Below are positions 9,542-19,386 of a stretch of DNA of 36,915 nucleotides, in pieces. Made by a program: the position numbers and the translations under genes. The stretch lies in UHGV virus genome UHGV-0071814; one strand, 5' to 3'. The notes under the pieces were generated by a model that did no database searches, was not told where the DNA came from, and saw only the letters and a program-made list of their open reading frames with translations. Source of the stretch: a virus. Position 1 is the stretch's first letter; each line of letters starts with the position of its first letter.

Positions 9542-10795
9542 TTACTGCCCGGCAATAACGATGCCCGTATATTCAGGAACAAGTACAGAGCAACCGTACA
9601 GAGTGGTGAAACGAGCAGTGGTTACGCCTTTGATGTGGTCGAAGGCGTAAGACATGATCAGCGTAGCGCCCTGCTCGGTGGTTGCTGTCATTACCTGTGG
9701 ACCCTGACCAGTCGGGAACGCTAGTTTGCCGTACATCAGCTCAACAGAACCATCAGCCCAGAACAGGTTAGCAGGTGCTGCGTTCTTGTTGAGAATGGTG
9801 ATTGCTGCTGATTCTGCCGGTTTGGCATCGACGTTTGCATATGGACGACTCGCAACATCGGTATTTTCAACAGGGAGAATCTTTGGAGAGATTGTTACGG
9901 TAGTTCCGCTAACAGCCAGAACACGGAATACCTGCGGTTGCCCGGTGGTATCTTTTGTGATCTGGTGTACGGAATTCACACCGGCAATGGTGAACGCATC
10001 ACCAACCTGCAAGCCAGATGCAGATACCGTAATAGTCCCCTGTCGGTTATCAACTGGCATACCATTTGAATCTTTCGCTTCAACCTTGTGTTCAGGTTGG
10101 CCTGATACTGTCAAGGATTCAGCGCTTCCTTTCGGTAATCGACCAGAAATATCGGTCTTGTAGCTATCAAAGGAAGCAACCGGAGGGATCTGCGCTTTTT
10201 CGTATGCTGTCAGGGTTGCGCCCTGAGCGTAGGCACGGTGACCAAGCTCGCCAGCAAGGTCTTTGTAGTTGAAGGGGTTCCAGAAAGAGCGACGGTTGAT
10301 ACCCTGCGGTACACCAATCGCCGTCATGGTGGCATCAATACCTGCCGCACAGTTCCACAAATCACGGCCCTGTGTACCTGTGGTTGAGTCAGACATTGTG
10401 ATCACGTTAGTAGCACGCTGCGTAACCATGGAAATCAGGTCAGAGTCAATCTGTGCAGCAAGGCGCATACCTGCGGCGCGACCAGCTTCAGTTTTATGCT
10501 CAGGGTCACGCATTTCACGCGCATCCAGAGTGTACAGAATGTTTTTCGGCTCCTTGAACACAGAAGGAACAAGGCGCTGAACCAGTGCTGTAGGCGTTTT
10601 GCTGCTGAGATCGAGGCCTTCCTCAATGTTCATGTGGTAATGCTGCGGACGATACAGAACATCACCTGCTCGCTGCATTGCTGTATCACCGGGACGGAAT
10701 TTTTTAGCGTTACGGGAAACTACGCAGGCGGCCTCAAAGCCTTCAACGTAGTTTTCGAACATGATTTCAAGGTCTTTTGCTAATTGGTTAGCCAT
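9542..10795 (-). CDS. Major capsid (coat) protein, P22 gp5-like
   Basis: 417 aa, follows scaffold and portal in P22-like order. Confidence 0.85.
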   Translation of the reverse strand: MANQLAKDLEIMFENYVEGFEAACVVSRNAKKFRPGDTAMQRAGDVLYRPQHYHMNIEEGLDLSSKTPTALVQRLVPSVFKEPKNILYTLDAREMRDPEHKTEAGRAAGMRLAAQIDSDLISMVTQRATNVITMSDSTTGTQGRDLWNCAAGIDATMTAIGVPQGINRRSFWNPFNYKDLAGELGHRAYAQGATLTAYEKAQIPPVASFDSYKTDISGRLPKGSAESLTVSGQPEHKVEAKDSNGMPVDNRQGTITVSASGLQVGDAFTIAGVNSVHQITKDTTGQPQVFRVLAVSGTTVTISPKILPVENTDVASRPYANVDAKPAESAAITILNKNAAPANLFWADGSVELMYGKLAFPTGQGPQVMTATTEQGATLIMSYAFDHIKGVTTARFTTLYGCSVLVPEYTGIVIAGQ

Positions 10796-10813
10796 GCTTA
10801 ATGCTCCGATAGG

Positions 10814-11707
10814 TTATTTTTTTGCCTTTTTAGCGGCGAAATACGGCGTCCAGTCACCAGTTTCCAGCGCCTTGGCTTTCAATTTGTCGAGGTTGTTGAT
10901 TACTGCGCCGTTGCTCCCCTTAACTGTCGGGGTTGTGGCTGCCGTGGTTTTTGCTTTTGGCATGATTCTGGCCTTCGATTCGATACGTTCCAGCAGACGA
11001 CCAATTGCTACGGGGTTGGTAGCTTCTGCCAGTTGCTTGCGCAGTTCAGCGTTGCGACCGAGCGCCAGAACAACGATTTCCGGCTTCTCTGACTCAAGAA
11101 GGATCATGTCCTGAATATGAACAGGAACATCTTCGCGTACAGCCTGCTCTGCATCCTGGTAGCCAGCCACTTTCAGTGCTTTTACTCTCTGCATGTAATT
11201 GGCTGCTTTCTGCTGAAGCGTTGCGGTACGCGCCTCTTCCTCTCGCTTCCGCTCTCGTACTTGCTCCTGGTATTTGCCGTTATCCTCTGCCCACTTAGCC
11301 ATGCGTTGCTGGTAGATTTCTTCATCGAAACCGATGTCCTCATCGTCCAGTTTTGGCATTCGCGGTGGTTGAGTGATTACCGGCTGCTGCTCGACGGGTT
11401 TCTGAGACTGACGCATCAGCTCTTTCAGCTCGCGGTCTTTCTCTTTAATCGTCTTGCGCAAGTGTTTTACCAGTCCATGCTCAGCTCCATCTTCGCTGGT
11501 TGGCGAATCCAGCTTTTCGTCACCAAAGTAGAATTCCTGTTCTGATTCGTCGTCATCAGTGTCAGTAGCTTCCTCTGCATCATTTCCTGAGGACTCACTG
11601 CCATCTGCTGTTTCGACTTCTTCAGCCAGTTCGACATCATCAGGAATCTGCTCTGACGCGTCGGTTTCGATTTCAACTTCTGGTGTGTTTTCTGCCATCT
11701 GGTCCAT
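10814..11707 (-). CDS. Scaffolding protein (P22 gp8-like)
   Basis: 297 aa, acidic N-terminus, highly charged helical protein between portal and coat. Confidence 0.8.
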   Translation of the reverse strand: MDQMAENTPEVEIETDASEQIPDDVELAEEVETADGSESSGNDAEEATDTDDDESEQEFYFGDEKLDSPTSEDGAEHGLVKHLRKTIKEKDRELKELMRQSQKPVEQQPVITQPPRMPKLDDEDIGFDEEIYQQRMAKWAEDNGKYQEQVRERKREEEARTATLQQKAANYMQRVKALKVAGYQDAEQAVREDVPVHIQDMILLESEKPEIVVLALGRNAELRKQLAEATNPVAIGRLLERIESKARIMPKAKTTAATTPTVKGSNGAVINNLDKLKAKALETGDWTPYFAAKKAKK

Positions 11708-11797
11708 TTTTTACCCCTGTTTACTCGATGTTCAGCCCATCGGAAGGCAATAGGGTGCCAGGCCTCATAAAGACAGCCATTGCACGTTATGGGTTAA

Positions 11798-13996
11798 TTA
11801 CTGCTGTGGTTGTTGCTGAGTTGATTTTTGCAGGATGCTGTTGATGTCCATGCGCTGCGCATGGCCCTGCGCCTGACTCTTCAGGACAAGCTCTGCATCA
11901 GCACGGGCATTATCTCCTTGCTGTTGCTGGAACTGTCCGAGCAGTTTCAGCGCCTCACGGATATCAGATTTTTGCTGGCTATCGGCAGATGCGAGGATTT
12001 TCACAACATTTGCCGCAGCAACCTGAGCATCCGTCTGTGCCTGGAATGCTTTAACCTGAATGGCTGCTTGTTCGTTCTGCGCTTTCTGCAATTCAGCCTG
12101 ACCAGCAAGAAGCTGACCTTGCGCAGCAACCATAGCCGGATCTGGCTGACTGGCCTGTTGTTGTTTCGCCTGCTCAACCATTTGCTGTTCTTCAGGCGTT
12201 CTCGGCTTGATAACGCCAGACAGAAGCAACTGATTGCGGTTGTATTCTTTCAGGTCGTCCATCCCTTCGCCGTCCATATTGTCGAGAATCATCGACGATA
12301 CAAGGTCATGCTTCGGCGTTCCTGGCGGGATAAGTGCCAGCATGGAAAGTAACGACTTAACCGTTGCATCACGGCGAGTAGCGAACGACTGACCGACATC
12401 GACAGTCACTTCATAGTTACCCTGCGAAAGGTCGTTAAGCGCGATAACCTGCCCTGTCTGACGGTCAACCACTTCACCAGTCATCAGCGCCACGTCATCG
12501 CTGCCGTCCTCATTAACGATACGCATCGGCGTATCGCTGCCATAGACTTCACGCGCCATAGAAAGCCACACAACGCCAGCGCGACGCATGGATTTAGCCA
12601 TGTTGTCCATGTAGATATAGGACTGCGTGTCCATCCGGTTAAAAATGCTATCAACGGTATCGGTGGCGACGTTGCTCGGCATGTTCTCAAGCTGCGAAGC
12701 ACCTGTAATTTGCTGAATAGCCGTTCCGGTGTACTGCAATAGCCCGGCAAGAGCTGGAGGCATTTGTGTCGGAGGCGTCCAGCCAGCAACCTGAGCCTCT
12801 GAAATGACCGTTCCGTTTTTGTCCTTCTTGCTGGTCATGGGAAGAACTGCTGGTCTTTTCTTATTCCTCTCTGCCCAGTGATTCATTAATGGACCGGGAA
12901 TGAAATCAACATCCACGATAGGAATGCCATCACCGCCAGCCTGAGTAGCGTTATCTGCAATCATGGAAACCATCAGGTTCTCAAGACGCTGTGCATCCAT
13001 CGCTTTTGCAGCGTGGCCTTCGATTCGCTCCTGATTATCAACAAATGAGCGACGCCCATATACCGGGATGAGAGGAATATGTTCGCCCGGAATACGCTTC
13101 GGTTCTTCCAGCCATTCAGCGCCAGACAGAAGGCCGCAATAAACGCGGCGTTTCTTCACTGTCCGCTCGCCAATCAGTTCGAATGCGCCATCGGTCAGCT
13201 CGTCAACAATATCTTTGATTTGCTCTTCATCATAGATTGCCGTTTCTCCGCTAACAGGGTTGCGCCACGCCGTGAGCTTCACCTTCTCTATGCGAACTTC
13301 GTAGTAGCGTCCAACATAGATGACATCGGGCGTTGACCAGTCATACTGAGTGCCAGTGTCATCACGAGAAAGGCTTGCCGCGATGGAATCAGGGTATTCA
13401 GTCTCGAACGCTTTAGGCGTCATGGAGAACATTTCCATAGCCCACATAGCATCAGAACGGTCATATTGCTTGCTGTCCTGATCGAAGAAGACGCATGTCG
13501 CTGGGTCGTAAACAGGAAGAAAGCTGATGCGGCGCTGCTCGTTACTCGGATCCATTTCATCTTCGTAATCGGCACACATGCGGAAACAACCGAATCCGCC
13601 CGTTACAGCATCATCAAATGCGTTATCACACGCTTCGCCACCGGATGTTTCCTGATAGTCAGCGCGGAATTTGCCGTTCATCTTTTCGGCTAACGCTTCC
13701 GATGCCTTATCGTCCTTCGGCCTGAATTTAACGCTGATGCGATTCTGTCGATACTCGCCAATGATGCGATCACATTCACGGGCAATCTTATTCAGTTCAA
13801 AGCGCGGGTAATGCTCAAACCTGCCTTCATCAAATGAGTAACCAGCGTTTGTGCTGCCTTCCCACTGTGCGCCGGACACCCGGACGAAACGTTGAGCCTC
13901 AATAATCTGCTCACGCATATCCTGCATTGCTGACCAGGCATTATCAAAGTTGCACAGCACCTTGCGATGCCAGTCAGTCATCTTTTTTTCTGCCAT
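11798..13996 (-). CDS. Portal protein (P22 gp1-like)
   Basis: 732 aa, Q-rich C-terminal barrel-like tail, directly after TerL. Confidence 0.9.
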   Translation of the reverse strand: MAEKKMTDWHRKVLCNFDNAWSAMQDMREQIIEAQRFVRVSGAQWEGSTNAGYSFDEGRFEHYPRFELNKIARECDRIIGEYRQNRISVKFRPKDDKASEALAEKMNGKFRADYQETSGGEACDNAFDDAVTGGFGCFRMCADYEDEMDPSNEQRRISFLPVYDPATCVFFDQDSKQYDRSDAMWAMEMFSMTPKAFETEYPDSIAASLSRDDTGTQYDWSTPDVIYVGRYYEVRIEKVKLTAWRNPVSGETAIYDEEQIKDIVDELTDGAFELIGERTVKKRRVYCGLLSGAEWLEEPKRIPGEHIPLIPVYGRRSFVDNQERIEGHAAKAMDAQRLENLMVSMIADNATQAGGDGIPIVDVDFIPGPLMNHWAERNKKRPAVLPMTSKKDKNGTVISEAQVAGWTPPTQMPPALAGLLQYTGTAIQQITGASQLENMPSNVATDTVDSIFNRMDTQSYIYMDNMAKSMRRAGVVWLSMAREVYGSDTPMRIVNEDGSDDVALMTGEVVDRQTGQVIALNDLSQGNYEVTVDVGQSFATRRDATVKSLLSMLALIPPGTPKHDLVSSMILDNMDGEGMDDLKEYNRNQLLLSGVIKPRTPEEQQMVEQAKQQQASQPDPAMVAAQGQLLAGQAELQKAQNEQAAIQVKAFQAQTDAQVAAANVVKILASADSQQKSDIREALKLLGQFQQQQGDNARADAELVLKSQAQGHAQRMDINSILQKSTQQQPQQ

Positions 13997-13997
13997 A

Positions 13998-15413
13998 TCA
14001 ACCTACACCACAAGGAATTGAGTAACTGGAATAGTCGGGTTGCGCAGCCGACTCCGGGCAATGCATACACATCATCAGCGCATCAGCCAGGTTAGGAGAT
14101 GGGATACCGAGCTTCTGCTTCATTTCGACCTTAGTCATAAGCTCCAGCTTCCCGTTATTATTGAATTTGCGCTGAATCTGCGTCAGTTCTGCAAACAGCT
14201 TCTCCAGCATCTTCTCGCCTATCGCTTCTTTGTCGAAGCTCAGCATGTCGTCGGGGTCTGCATACTCACCGTGGACAACCGCCCGATATGTCAGATACAG
14301 CCTGTCAGCCAGCGCGTAATAGAATTGCGCTCGCTTATTGCGGAACACATCACCAATAGTGCGAACGTTGTCGCCCTGTACGACTTCATCAGCCCATGCT
14401 CCGGCCTGATACGGCGCATCTTCATCGAATGGCGATTCACTGCCCTTGAACATCGTGGCGGTGATTTTCTTACCGGAGAATGCTTCCGTTGTCTGTCTGC
14501 GTAGCCCCGCACCGACGCCATCACCATCCCACAGGTAATGGTCAGCGCTGTCTTCAATCGCCAGCGAAGTAGCCCAGTCAGCACCCTCGTTGATGTCCAT
14601 CAGCAGACCTTCGGCAATGCGCTTAACCACCGAACCGTGACGCGATGCGTAACCTTTAGCATCTGGCCCTGTATCTGACGGGTCATGCGCAGAAACAACC
14701 GCACCTTTCGCTTTCCATCCGAGTTTCTTGTGCGCATCGGTTGCGGCTTCAAGCCATTCACGTTTGATGATTGCCATATCACTTGCGCTTACCGGCTCAC
14801 CAAGCCAGATGTGACGATACAGTGTCGGATTTCTGCGTTTGCACTCTTCCATCTCCAGACGGAGAACTTCAGGAAAGTGCGGGTTGTCGGTGTAGTTCAC
14901 CGTCAGCAGACAAATATCATCGGGAGGGTTTACTACGAATCGCTGATAGGTATCGTCGAGGATGTTTTTCGGGTTGAAGCTCACCCATATTTCGGAAAAT
15001 GGCTTGCGGATGGTTGGTATCAGGATATCCCATGATTCCTTCGTTACCGCTTCCGCTTCCTCCACCCAGCAGATATCAATGCCTTCGAGCGATTTAATCT
15101 TCGTCGGGTTGTTTTTGATGCCGTAGAACATGAACTCAGCATTCGTTCCGAGATGACGAATCATTGAACGCTGAATTTCAAACTCAGCCGAATACCCTTC
15201 CCGCTCTATGGTGTCTTCAAGCAACCGGATTACCGAATCGCTAATACTGTTTTGCAGTTCACGAGCGCAGAGAATACGCACCGGCTGCCGACGCGCCGCT
15301 TCAACAAGCAGCCTCGAGATTGCCCATGACTTACCGCTACCTCGACCGCCTTTGGCGACTTTATAGCGATGCGCCTCAATGAACGGTTCAAAGATAGGAT
15401 TAATCGAGGTCAT
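13998..15413 (-). CDS. Terminase large subunit
   Basis: 471 aa; Walker A KGGRGSGKS near N-terminus; start overlaps TerS stop. Confidence 0.9.
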   Translation of the reverse strand: MTSINPIFEPFIEAHRYKVAKGGRGSGKSWAISRLLVEAARRQPVRILCARELQNSISDSVIRLLEDTIEREGYSAEFEIQRSMIRHLGTNAEFMFYGIKNNPTKIKSLEGIDICWVEEAEAVTKESWDILIPTIRKPFSEIWVSFNPKNILDDTYQRFVVNPPDDICLLTVNYTDNPHFPEVLRLEMEECKRRNPTLYRHIWLGEPVSASDMAIIKREWLEAATDAHKKLGWKAKGAVVSAHDPSDTGPDAKGYASRHGSVVKRIAEGLLMDINEGADWATSLAIEDSADHYLWDGDGVGAGLRRQTTEAFSGKKITATMFKGSESPFDEDAPYQAGAWADEVVQGDNVRTIGDVFRNKRAQFYYALADRLYLTYRAVVHGEYADPDDMLSFDKEAIGEKMLEKLFAELTQIQRKFNNNGKLELMTKVEMKQKLGIPSPNLADALMMCMHCPESAAQPDYSSYSIPCGVG

Positions 15414-15850
15414 TTTCCGAATAGAGTGCTCATCGGTGATGTTTCAATCTGGATTGCGCCGCCGTCTTTGCCTGTTAGCTCGTGATCAACCTTATCGCGC
15501 CATTTATCCTTCTGTCGGTTCTTAAGCCAGAAGATGGCGGCGGTTGTATCAGGCGGGTAATACTTCTCAAGCGGAGTTTCGACAATTCTGTTTTCAATAA
15601 CACGAATATCGATGTCTGGAGCCACGAAGCCCATAGCGCGTTGATAAAGACGATCACTAACTTCTGCATCAGCGACGGCCTTACCCTTTTTTATGGACTC
15701 CGAAAACTCAGGATAATCAAGCTTCCACTTGTTAATAGTTGACTCACTGACCTCGAAGAAATCAGCAAGCTCTGCATCGGTGTAGCCCAGCAAGCACAGT
15801 TTGCGTGCCTGTTCGGCATACGCCTCTTGATACTTTGTTGGGCGCGCCAT
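15410..15850 (-). CDS. Terminase small subunit (Sf6 gp1-like)
   Basis: 146 aa; N-terminal HTH-like region; C-terminus ...GKDGGAIQIETSPMSTLFGK as recalled for Sf6 gp1. Confidence 0.75.
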   Translation of the reverse strand: MARPTKYQEAYAEQARKLCLLGYTDAELADFFEVSESTINKWKLDYPEFSESIKKGKAVADAEVSDRLYQRAMGFVAPDIDIRVIENRIVETPLEKYYPPDTTAAIFWLKNRQKDKWRDKVDHELTGKDGGAIQIETSPMSTLFGK

Positions 15851-15852
15851 GT

Positions 15853-16095
15853 TTATGCTCCGGTAGTGAACAGGTCTAACGCTTCCTTCGATTTACGTAC
15901 CGCTTCGATAGTGCGGGTCGTGATATCTGAATTAGCGCCGCCTGACTGGAAGTGAATTTTGAATAGCTCAAGCTTCAGCTCGTCAGTGCCGATGAATTGA
16001 AATGCTTCTTCTGCGGCTGCGTTCTGGTTCATGACCAGCTTGTAAATCTCTAACTGGAATTTCTGTTCTTCAGTCATGGGAATAATCTCTGCCAT
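15853..16095 (-). CDS. Hypothetical protein
   Basis: 80-aa ORF with GGAG upstream, adjacent to TerS. Confidence 0.45.
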   Translation of the reverse strand: MAEIIPMTEEQKFQLEIYKLVMNQNAAAEEAFQFIGTDELKLELFKIHFQSGGANSDITTRTIEAVRKSKEALDLFTTGA

Positions 16096-16198
16096 TGTTG
16101 GCTCCGTTTATCCGTTAAAAGGGATATCAGTTAAGTTATCCCGTGTAGGGTATAAGCCATTATCAAAGCCACTCTGTAGGGAATGGCTTTTGTAATAA

Positions 16199-16570
16199 CT
16201 ACTGTTCGCTTAGCTTCTGCTTCAGCAAGTAACCTTCGAGCATCCAGATTTTGTTTACAGCATTCTGCCGGGCAATCTTCCGACCGATCTCCGGGTCGAA
16301 GTTTTCCGGGCTGGCGCAGGCACTTTCGCCGGTGACGGTGAAGCCGTTGCGCAGCACCAGGACGCAGAATGTAAGAAGCTTTAATGCTTCCTGACTTTCG
16401 GTTAAATCAAGCGCGGATTTGTATGTCGCCATAGCGCCCTCTCCGCCAATACCATCGTATGCGGTGAAGCAATGCTCGCTTTTAATCACGTCTTCGATGT
16501 GCTGCGGGGTGATTCGCGGTGCCGTTTTGCCTTTCTCAACGATTTCTTTTTCGATTTGCTGGTCGTTCAT
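16199..16570 (-). CDS. Gp49-like phage protein (N4 gp49/Sf6 gp66 family)
   Basis: 123 aa, MNDQQIEKEIVEKGKTAPRITPQHIEDV... recalled as this family. Confidence 0.5.
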   Translation of the reverse strand: MNDQQIEKEIVEKGKTAPRITPQHIEDVIKSEHCFTAYDGIGGEGAMATYKSALDLTESQEALKLLTFCVLVLRNGFTVTGESACASPENFDPEIGRKIARQNAVNKIWMLEGYLLKQKLSEQ

Positions 16571-16748
16571 AATTATGACCCTGTAGAGTGGTTGCTTGAT
16601 TAGGATGTCTTTCCATCAGTCCGCCACCACAAAGAATCTTTTTTGCCATAAGGCTGGAGGTTCATCTTTCAGTGGCTGCCAGTGTTATTTCCCCACTTAC
16701 TGGCTTGGGTTGTTTCGCTGTACTGCCGTTAATTGGTGAGTCCGGGGA

Positions 16749-17234
16749 TTATTTCAGTTCGTTACCAGGCATTTCTTTTAGCTCTTTCAAATGACAACGA
16801 TTGAGACTAAACCACTCCCCGTGCGACCTATAGTTGTAATATTTTTGGTGCAATTTGGTTTCAAGCTCTCTATCGGCCGGAATCTTTGCAATTAGATTTA
16901 GCTTCCCACCACTCATGCGAGATATCTCTGAAATCCGTTTATTAACCCTGCGACTAAACCCTATTTTTGTTAGCCCACTATCTTCAGCATGCAGAACGTA
17001 CACATATGATTTTTGCGAAGCACTGGGTGCGACTTTGTTGTAATTAATCATGTCAAACATGAAGCCTTGCTTTAGCAAAGTTTCAAAAAAGATAGAATTA
17101 ACACACCCATTCCTTCTCAGCTCTGCACTTAGCTTGTCAATTTCCTCTATGATGTCGCCAGACCCCTTTCCACTTATAAGAAAATCTTGGTACATGCGAC
17201 CAATTCTTGAGGTAATTTCAACAAAGTTATTCAT
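16749..17234 (-). CDS. T5orf172 (GIY-YIG-like) domain protein; AT-rich moron
   Basis: C-terminal YVYVLHAEDSGLTKIGFS...LHQKYYNYRSHGEWFSLN fits the T5orf172 pattern; markedly AT-rich versus flanking genes. Confidence 0.6.
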   Translation of the reverse strand: MNNFVEITSRIGRMYQDFLISGKGSGDIIEEIDKLSAELRRNGCVNSIFFETLLKQGFMFDMINYNKVAPSASQKSYVYVLHAEDSGLTKIGFSRRVNKRISEISRMSGGKLNLIAKIPADRELETKLHQKYYNYRSHGEWFSLNRCHLKELKEMPGNELK

Positions 17235-17378
17235 AGCGTTTACCTTTTAGAAAGATGAGCCTGTTCGCACAGAAAAGCCGCCCCGAGATGGTCGCCACCA
17301 TATACGGCAGTTCTCAGGCTCAGCTTTCTGAAAGACTCGGGATTGTTACGCGCTGCGATGCGCGGTTTACTGCAGATG

Positions 17379-17404
17379 TAAAAAAGCCCCGCAAATGCGA
17401 GGCT
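17379..17404 (-). terminator. Intrinsic terminator-like hairpin (CCTCGCATTTGCGGGG + TTTTTT) between Rz and the T5orf172 gene
   Basis: Read on minus strand. Confidence 0.45.
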
Positions 17405-17577
17405 AAATCCTGGTGTTTGTGATGACTGGCTCTTATCTCAACGCAGCCCCTTACCGCGCGCCAGATGCTCAATATCAAGCATCAGCAATGAGATGTTTAA
17501 TCTGGATTCACTCCAGAAGTGTTCACCACCCTTCCTACAGAGCCAGATGTGAAGGATGATGAGTAAAATTATCGCTA

Positions 17578-18015
17578 TCATCGAAGGCATTGCGTCCTGA
17601 TGTACTCCTGCAGGTAGTTAACCTGCGCGGTTATCCTGTCGATTCCACTTCGGAGACGGTAATAATTGAGTTCAGCATCTGCTGTAAGTCTTGGGCTTTC
17701 TCCATCGCCCATGCTGCTGGCTCCGGTCGTTGACTTTGCACAGGTGGCGGCGACTTGCAGGCGCTTACGACCAGCAGAAACATCAGCACGGAGACTTTCG
17801 ATAGTCGCGTTAGCATCAGCAAGCTCCTTTGTGTATCTGGCGTCGAGTTCTGCTACATCACGTTGACGCTTCTGCATGTCAGCGATGATGGATGTGGCTT
17901 TATCGCGCTGGTCTTTGTAGGCGATGGCGTTATCACGGTAATGATTAACAGCCCATGACAGGCAGACGATGACGCAGATAACCAGAGCGGAGATAATCGC
18001 GGTTACTCTGCTCAT
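17578..18015 (-). CDS. Rz: Rz i-spanin
   Basis: [31 protein letters not shown]...; N-terminal TM helix, lambda Rz-like. Confidence 0.85.
   Translation of the reverse strand: MSRVTAIISALVICVIVCLSWAVNHYRDNAIAYKDQRDKATSIIADMQKRQRDVAELDARYTKELADANATIESLRADVSAGRKRLQVAATCAKSTTGASSMGDGESPRLTADAELNYYRLRSGIDRITAQVNYLQEYIRTQCLR
17631..17822 (-). CDS. Rz1: Rz1 o-spanin lipoprotein, embedded in the +1 frame of Rz
   Basis: Signal peptide, lipobox VVSAC, proline-rich [13 protein letters not shown]; fully nested in Rz. Confidence 0.75.
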   Translation of the reverse strand: MLMLTRLSKVSVLMFLLVVSACKSPPPVQSQRPEPAAWAMEKAQDLQQMLNSIITVSEVESTG

Positions 18016-18488
18016 ACCTCAATCTCTCTGACCGTTCCGCCTGCTTCTTTAAATTTTGCAATCAGGCTGTCAGCCTTATGCTCGAACTGACCATAACCAG
18101 CGCCCGGCAGTGAAGCCCAGATATTGCTGCAACGGTCGATTGCCTGACGGATATCACCGCGATCAATCATCGGTAAAGCGCCACGCTCCTTAATCTGCTG
18201 CAATGCCACAGCGTCCTGGCTTTTCGGAGAGAAATCTTTCAGGCCAAGCTGCTTACGATAGGCATCCCACCAACGGGAAAGAAGCTGGTAACGGCCTGCA
18301 GCTGTTGATTTGAGTTTGGGGTTTAGCGTGACAAGTTTGCGAGGGTGATCTGAGTAATCAGTGAATAGCTCTCCGCCTACAATGACGTCATAACCATGAT
18401 TTCTGGTTTTCTGTCGTCCGTTATCAGTTCCCTCTGACCACGCCAGCATATCGAGGAACGCCTTACGTTGATTATTGATTTCCACCAT
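18012..18488 (-). CDS. R: Endolysin, lambda R-type lytic transglycosylase
   Basis: 158 aa [35 protein letters not shown]..., near-identical to lambda R as recalled. Confidence 0.9.
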   Translation of the reverse strand: MVEINNQRKAFLDMLAWSEGTDNGRQKTRNHGYDVIVGGELFTDYSDHPRKLVTLNPKLKSTAAGRYQLLSRWWDAYRKQLGLKDFSPKSQDAVALQQIKERGALPMIDRGDIRQAIDRCSNIWASLPGAGYGQFEHKADSLIAKFKEAGGTVREIEV

Positions 18489-18795
18489 CTTCTACTCCGG
18501 CTTTTTTAGCAGCGAAGCGTTTGATAAGCGAACCAATCGAGTCAGTACCGATGTAGCCGATGAACACGCTCGTTATATAAGCGAGATTGCTACTTAGTCC
18601 GGCGAAGTCGAGAAGGTCACGAATGAACCAGGCGATAATGGCGCACATCGTTGCGTCGATTACTATTTTTGTAAACGCACCGCCATTATATCTGCCGCGA
18701 AGGTACGCCATTGCAAACGCAAGGATTGCTCCGATGCCTTGTTCCTTTGCCGCGAGAATGGCGGCTAACAGGTCATGTTTTTCTGGCATCTTCAT
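18472..18795 (-). CDS. S: Holin, lambda S-type (dual-start Met1-Lys2-Met3)
   Basis: 107 aa [22 protein letters not shown]...; three TM segments. Confidence 0.9.
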   Translation of the reverse strand: MKMPEKHDLLAAILAAKEQGIGAILAFAMAYLRGRYNGGAFTKIVIDATMCAIIAWFIRDLLDFAGLSSNLAYITSVFIGYIGTDSIGSLIKRFAAKKAGVEDGGNQ

Positions 18796-19037
18796 GTCTT
18801 ACCCCCAATAAGGGGATTTGCTCTATTTAATTAGGAATAAGGTCGATTACTGATAGAACAAATCCAGGCTACTGTGTTTAGTAATCAGATTTGTTCGTGA
18901 CCGATATGCACGGGCAAAACGGCAGGAGGTTGTTAGCGCAGCCTCCTGCCACCCGCTTTCACGAAGATCATGTGTAGAAGGCCGCAGCGTAACTATCACT
19001 GATGAGTTCAGGATAGCCAGTGGCTACGGCTCAGTTA

Positions 19038-19113
19038 TGGTGCTGGTTAACGGACTTGAACCGCTACCCATTCGCTTACAAGGCGACTGCTCTACCATTG
19101 GAGCTAAACCAGC
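19038..19113 (-). tRNA. tRNA, probably Thr (anticodon UGU)
   Basis: Manual fold: 7-bp acceptor stem, D arm GCTC/GAGC, anticodon loop CUUGUAA, T arm with GGTTCAAGTCC, 3' CCA. Confidence 0.6.
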
Positions 19114-19118
19114 ATATT

Positions 19119-19193
19119 TGGCGGGACAGCGTGGACTCGAACCACGATAAGAAGGTTAACAGCCTTCCGTAATGACCTTTATACGACTGACCC
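19119..19193 (-). tRNA. tRNA, probably Asn (anticodon GUU); one T-T mismatch in acceptor stem
   Basis: Manual fold: anticodon stem GAAGG/CCTTC, loop CUGUUAA, T arm GGTTCGAGTCC, 3' CCA. Confidence 0.55.
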
Positions 19194-19196
19194 AAA

Positions 19197-19216
19197 TAAA
19201 AAATCCCGAAACCGTT
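19197..19216 (-). terminator. tR'-like intrinsic terminator (end of lambda 6S-like leader)
   Basis: Minus strand AACGGTTTCGGGATTTTTT; flanking sequence matches my recollection of lambda tR'. Confidence 0.6.
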
Positions 19217-19386
19217 GTGCAGGCTCTAACTATTACCTGCGAACTGTTTCGGGATTGCATTTTGCAGACCTCTCAGCCTGCTATGGTTGGAGTTCCAGAC
19301 GATACGTCGAAGTGACCAACTAGGCGGAATCGGTAGTAAGCGCCGCCTCTTTTCATCTCACTACCACAACGAGCGAATTAACCCAT

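Noticed and set aside
11117-12352. Plus-strand ORFs of 142 and 174 aa
   Set aside because: Antisense to scaffold and portal genes; leucine-rich composition typical of reverse-strand artefacts.
16096-16198. Two short palindromes (GGGATA...TATCCC and AAGCCA...TGGCTT) as possible pac or regulatory site
   Set aside because: Could not be distinguished from incidental hairpins; in P22-like phages pac normally lies within the small terminase gene.
18920-18960. Strong hairpin GGCAGGAGG...CCTCCTGCC as a candidate terminator or tRNA fragment
   Set aside because: Present in the same place in lambda upstream of S as I recall; no T-tract typical of a strong terminator, so left unannotated.
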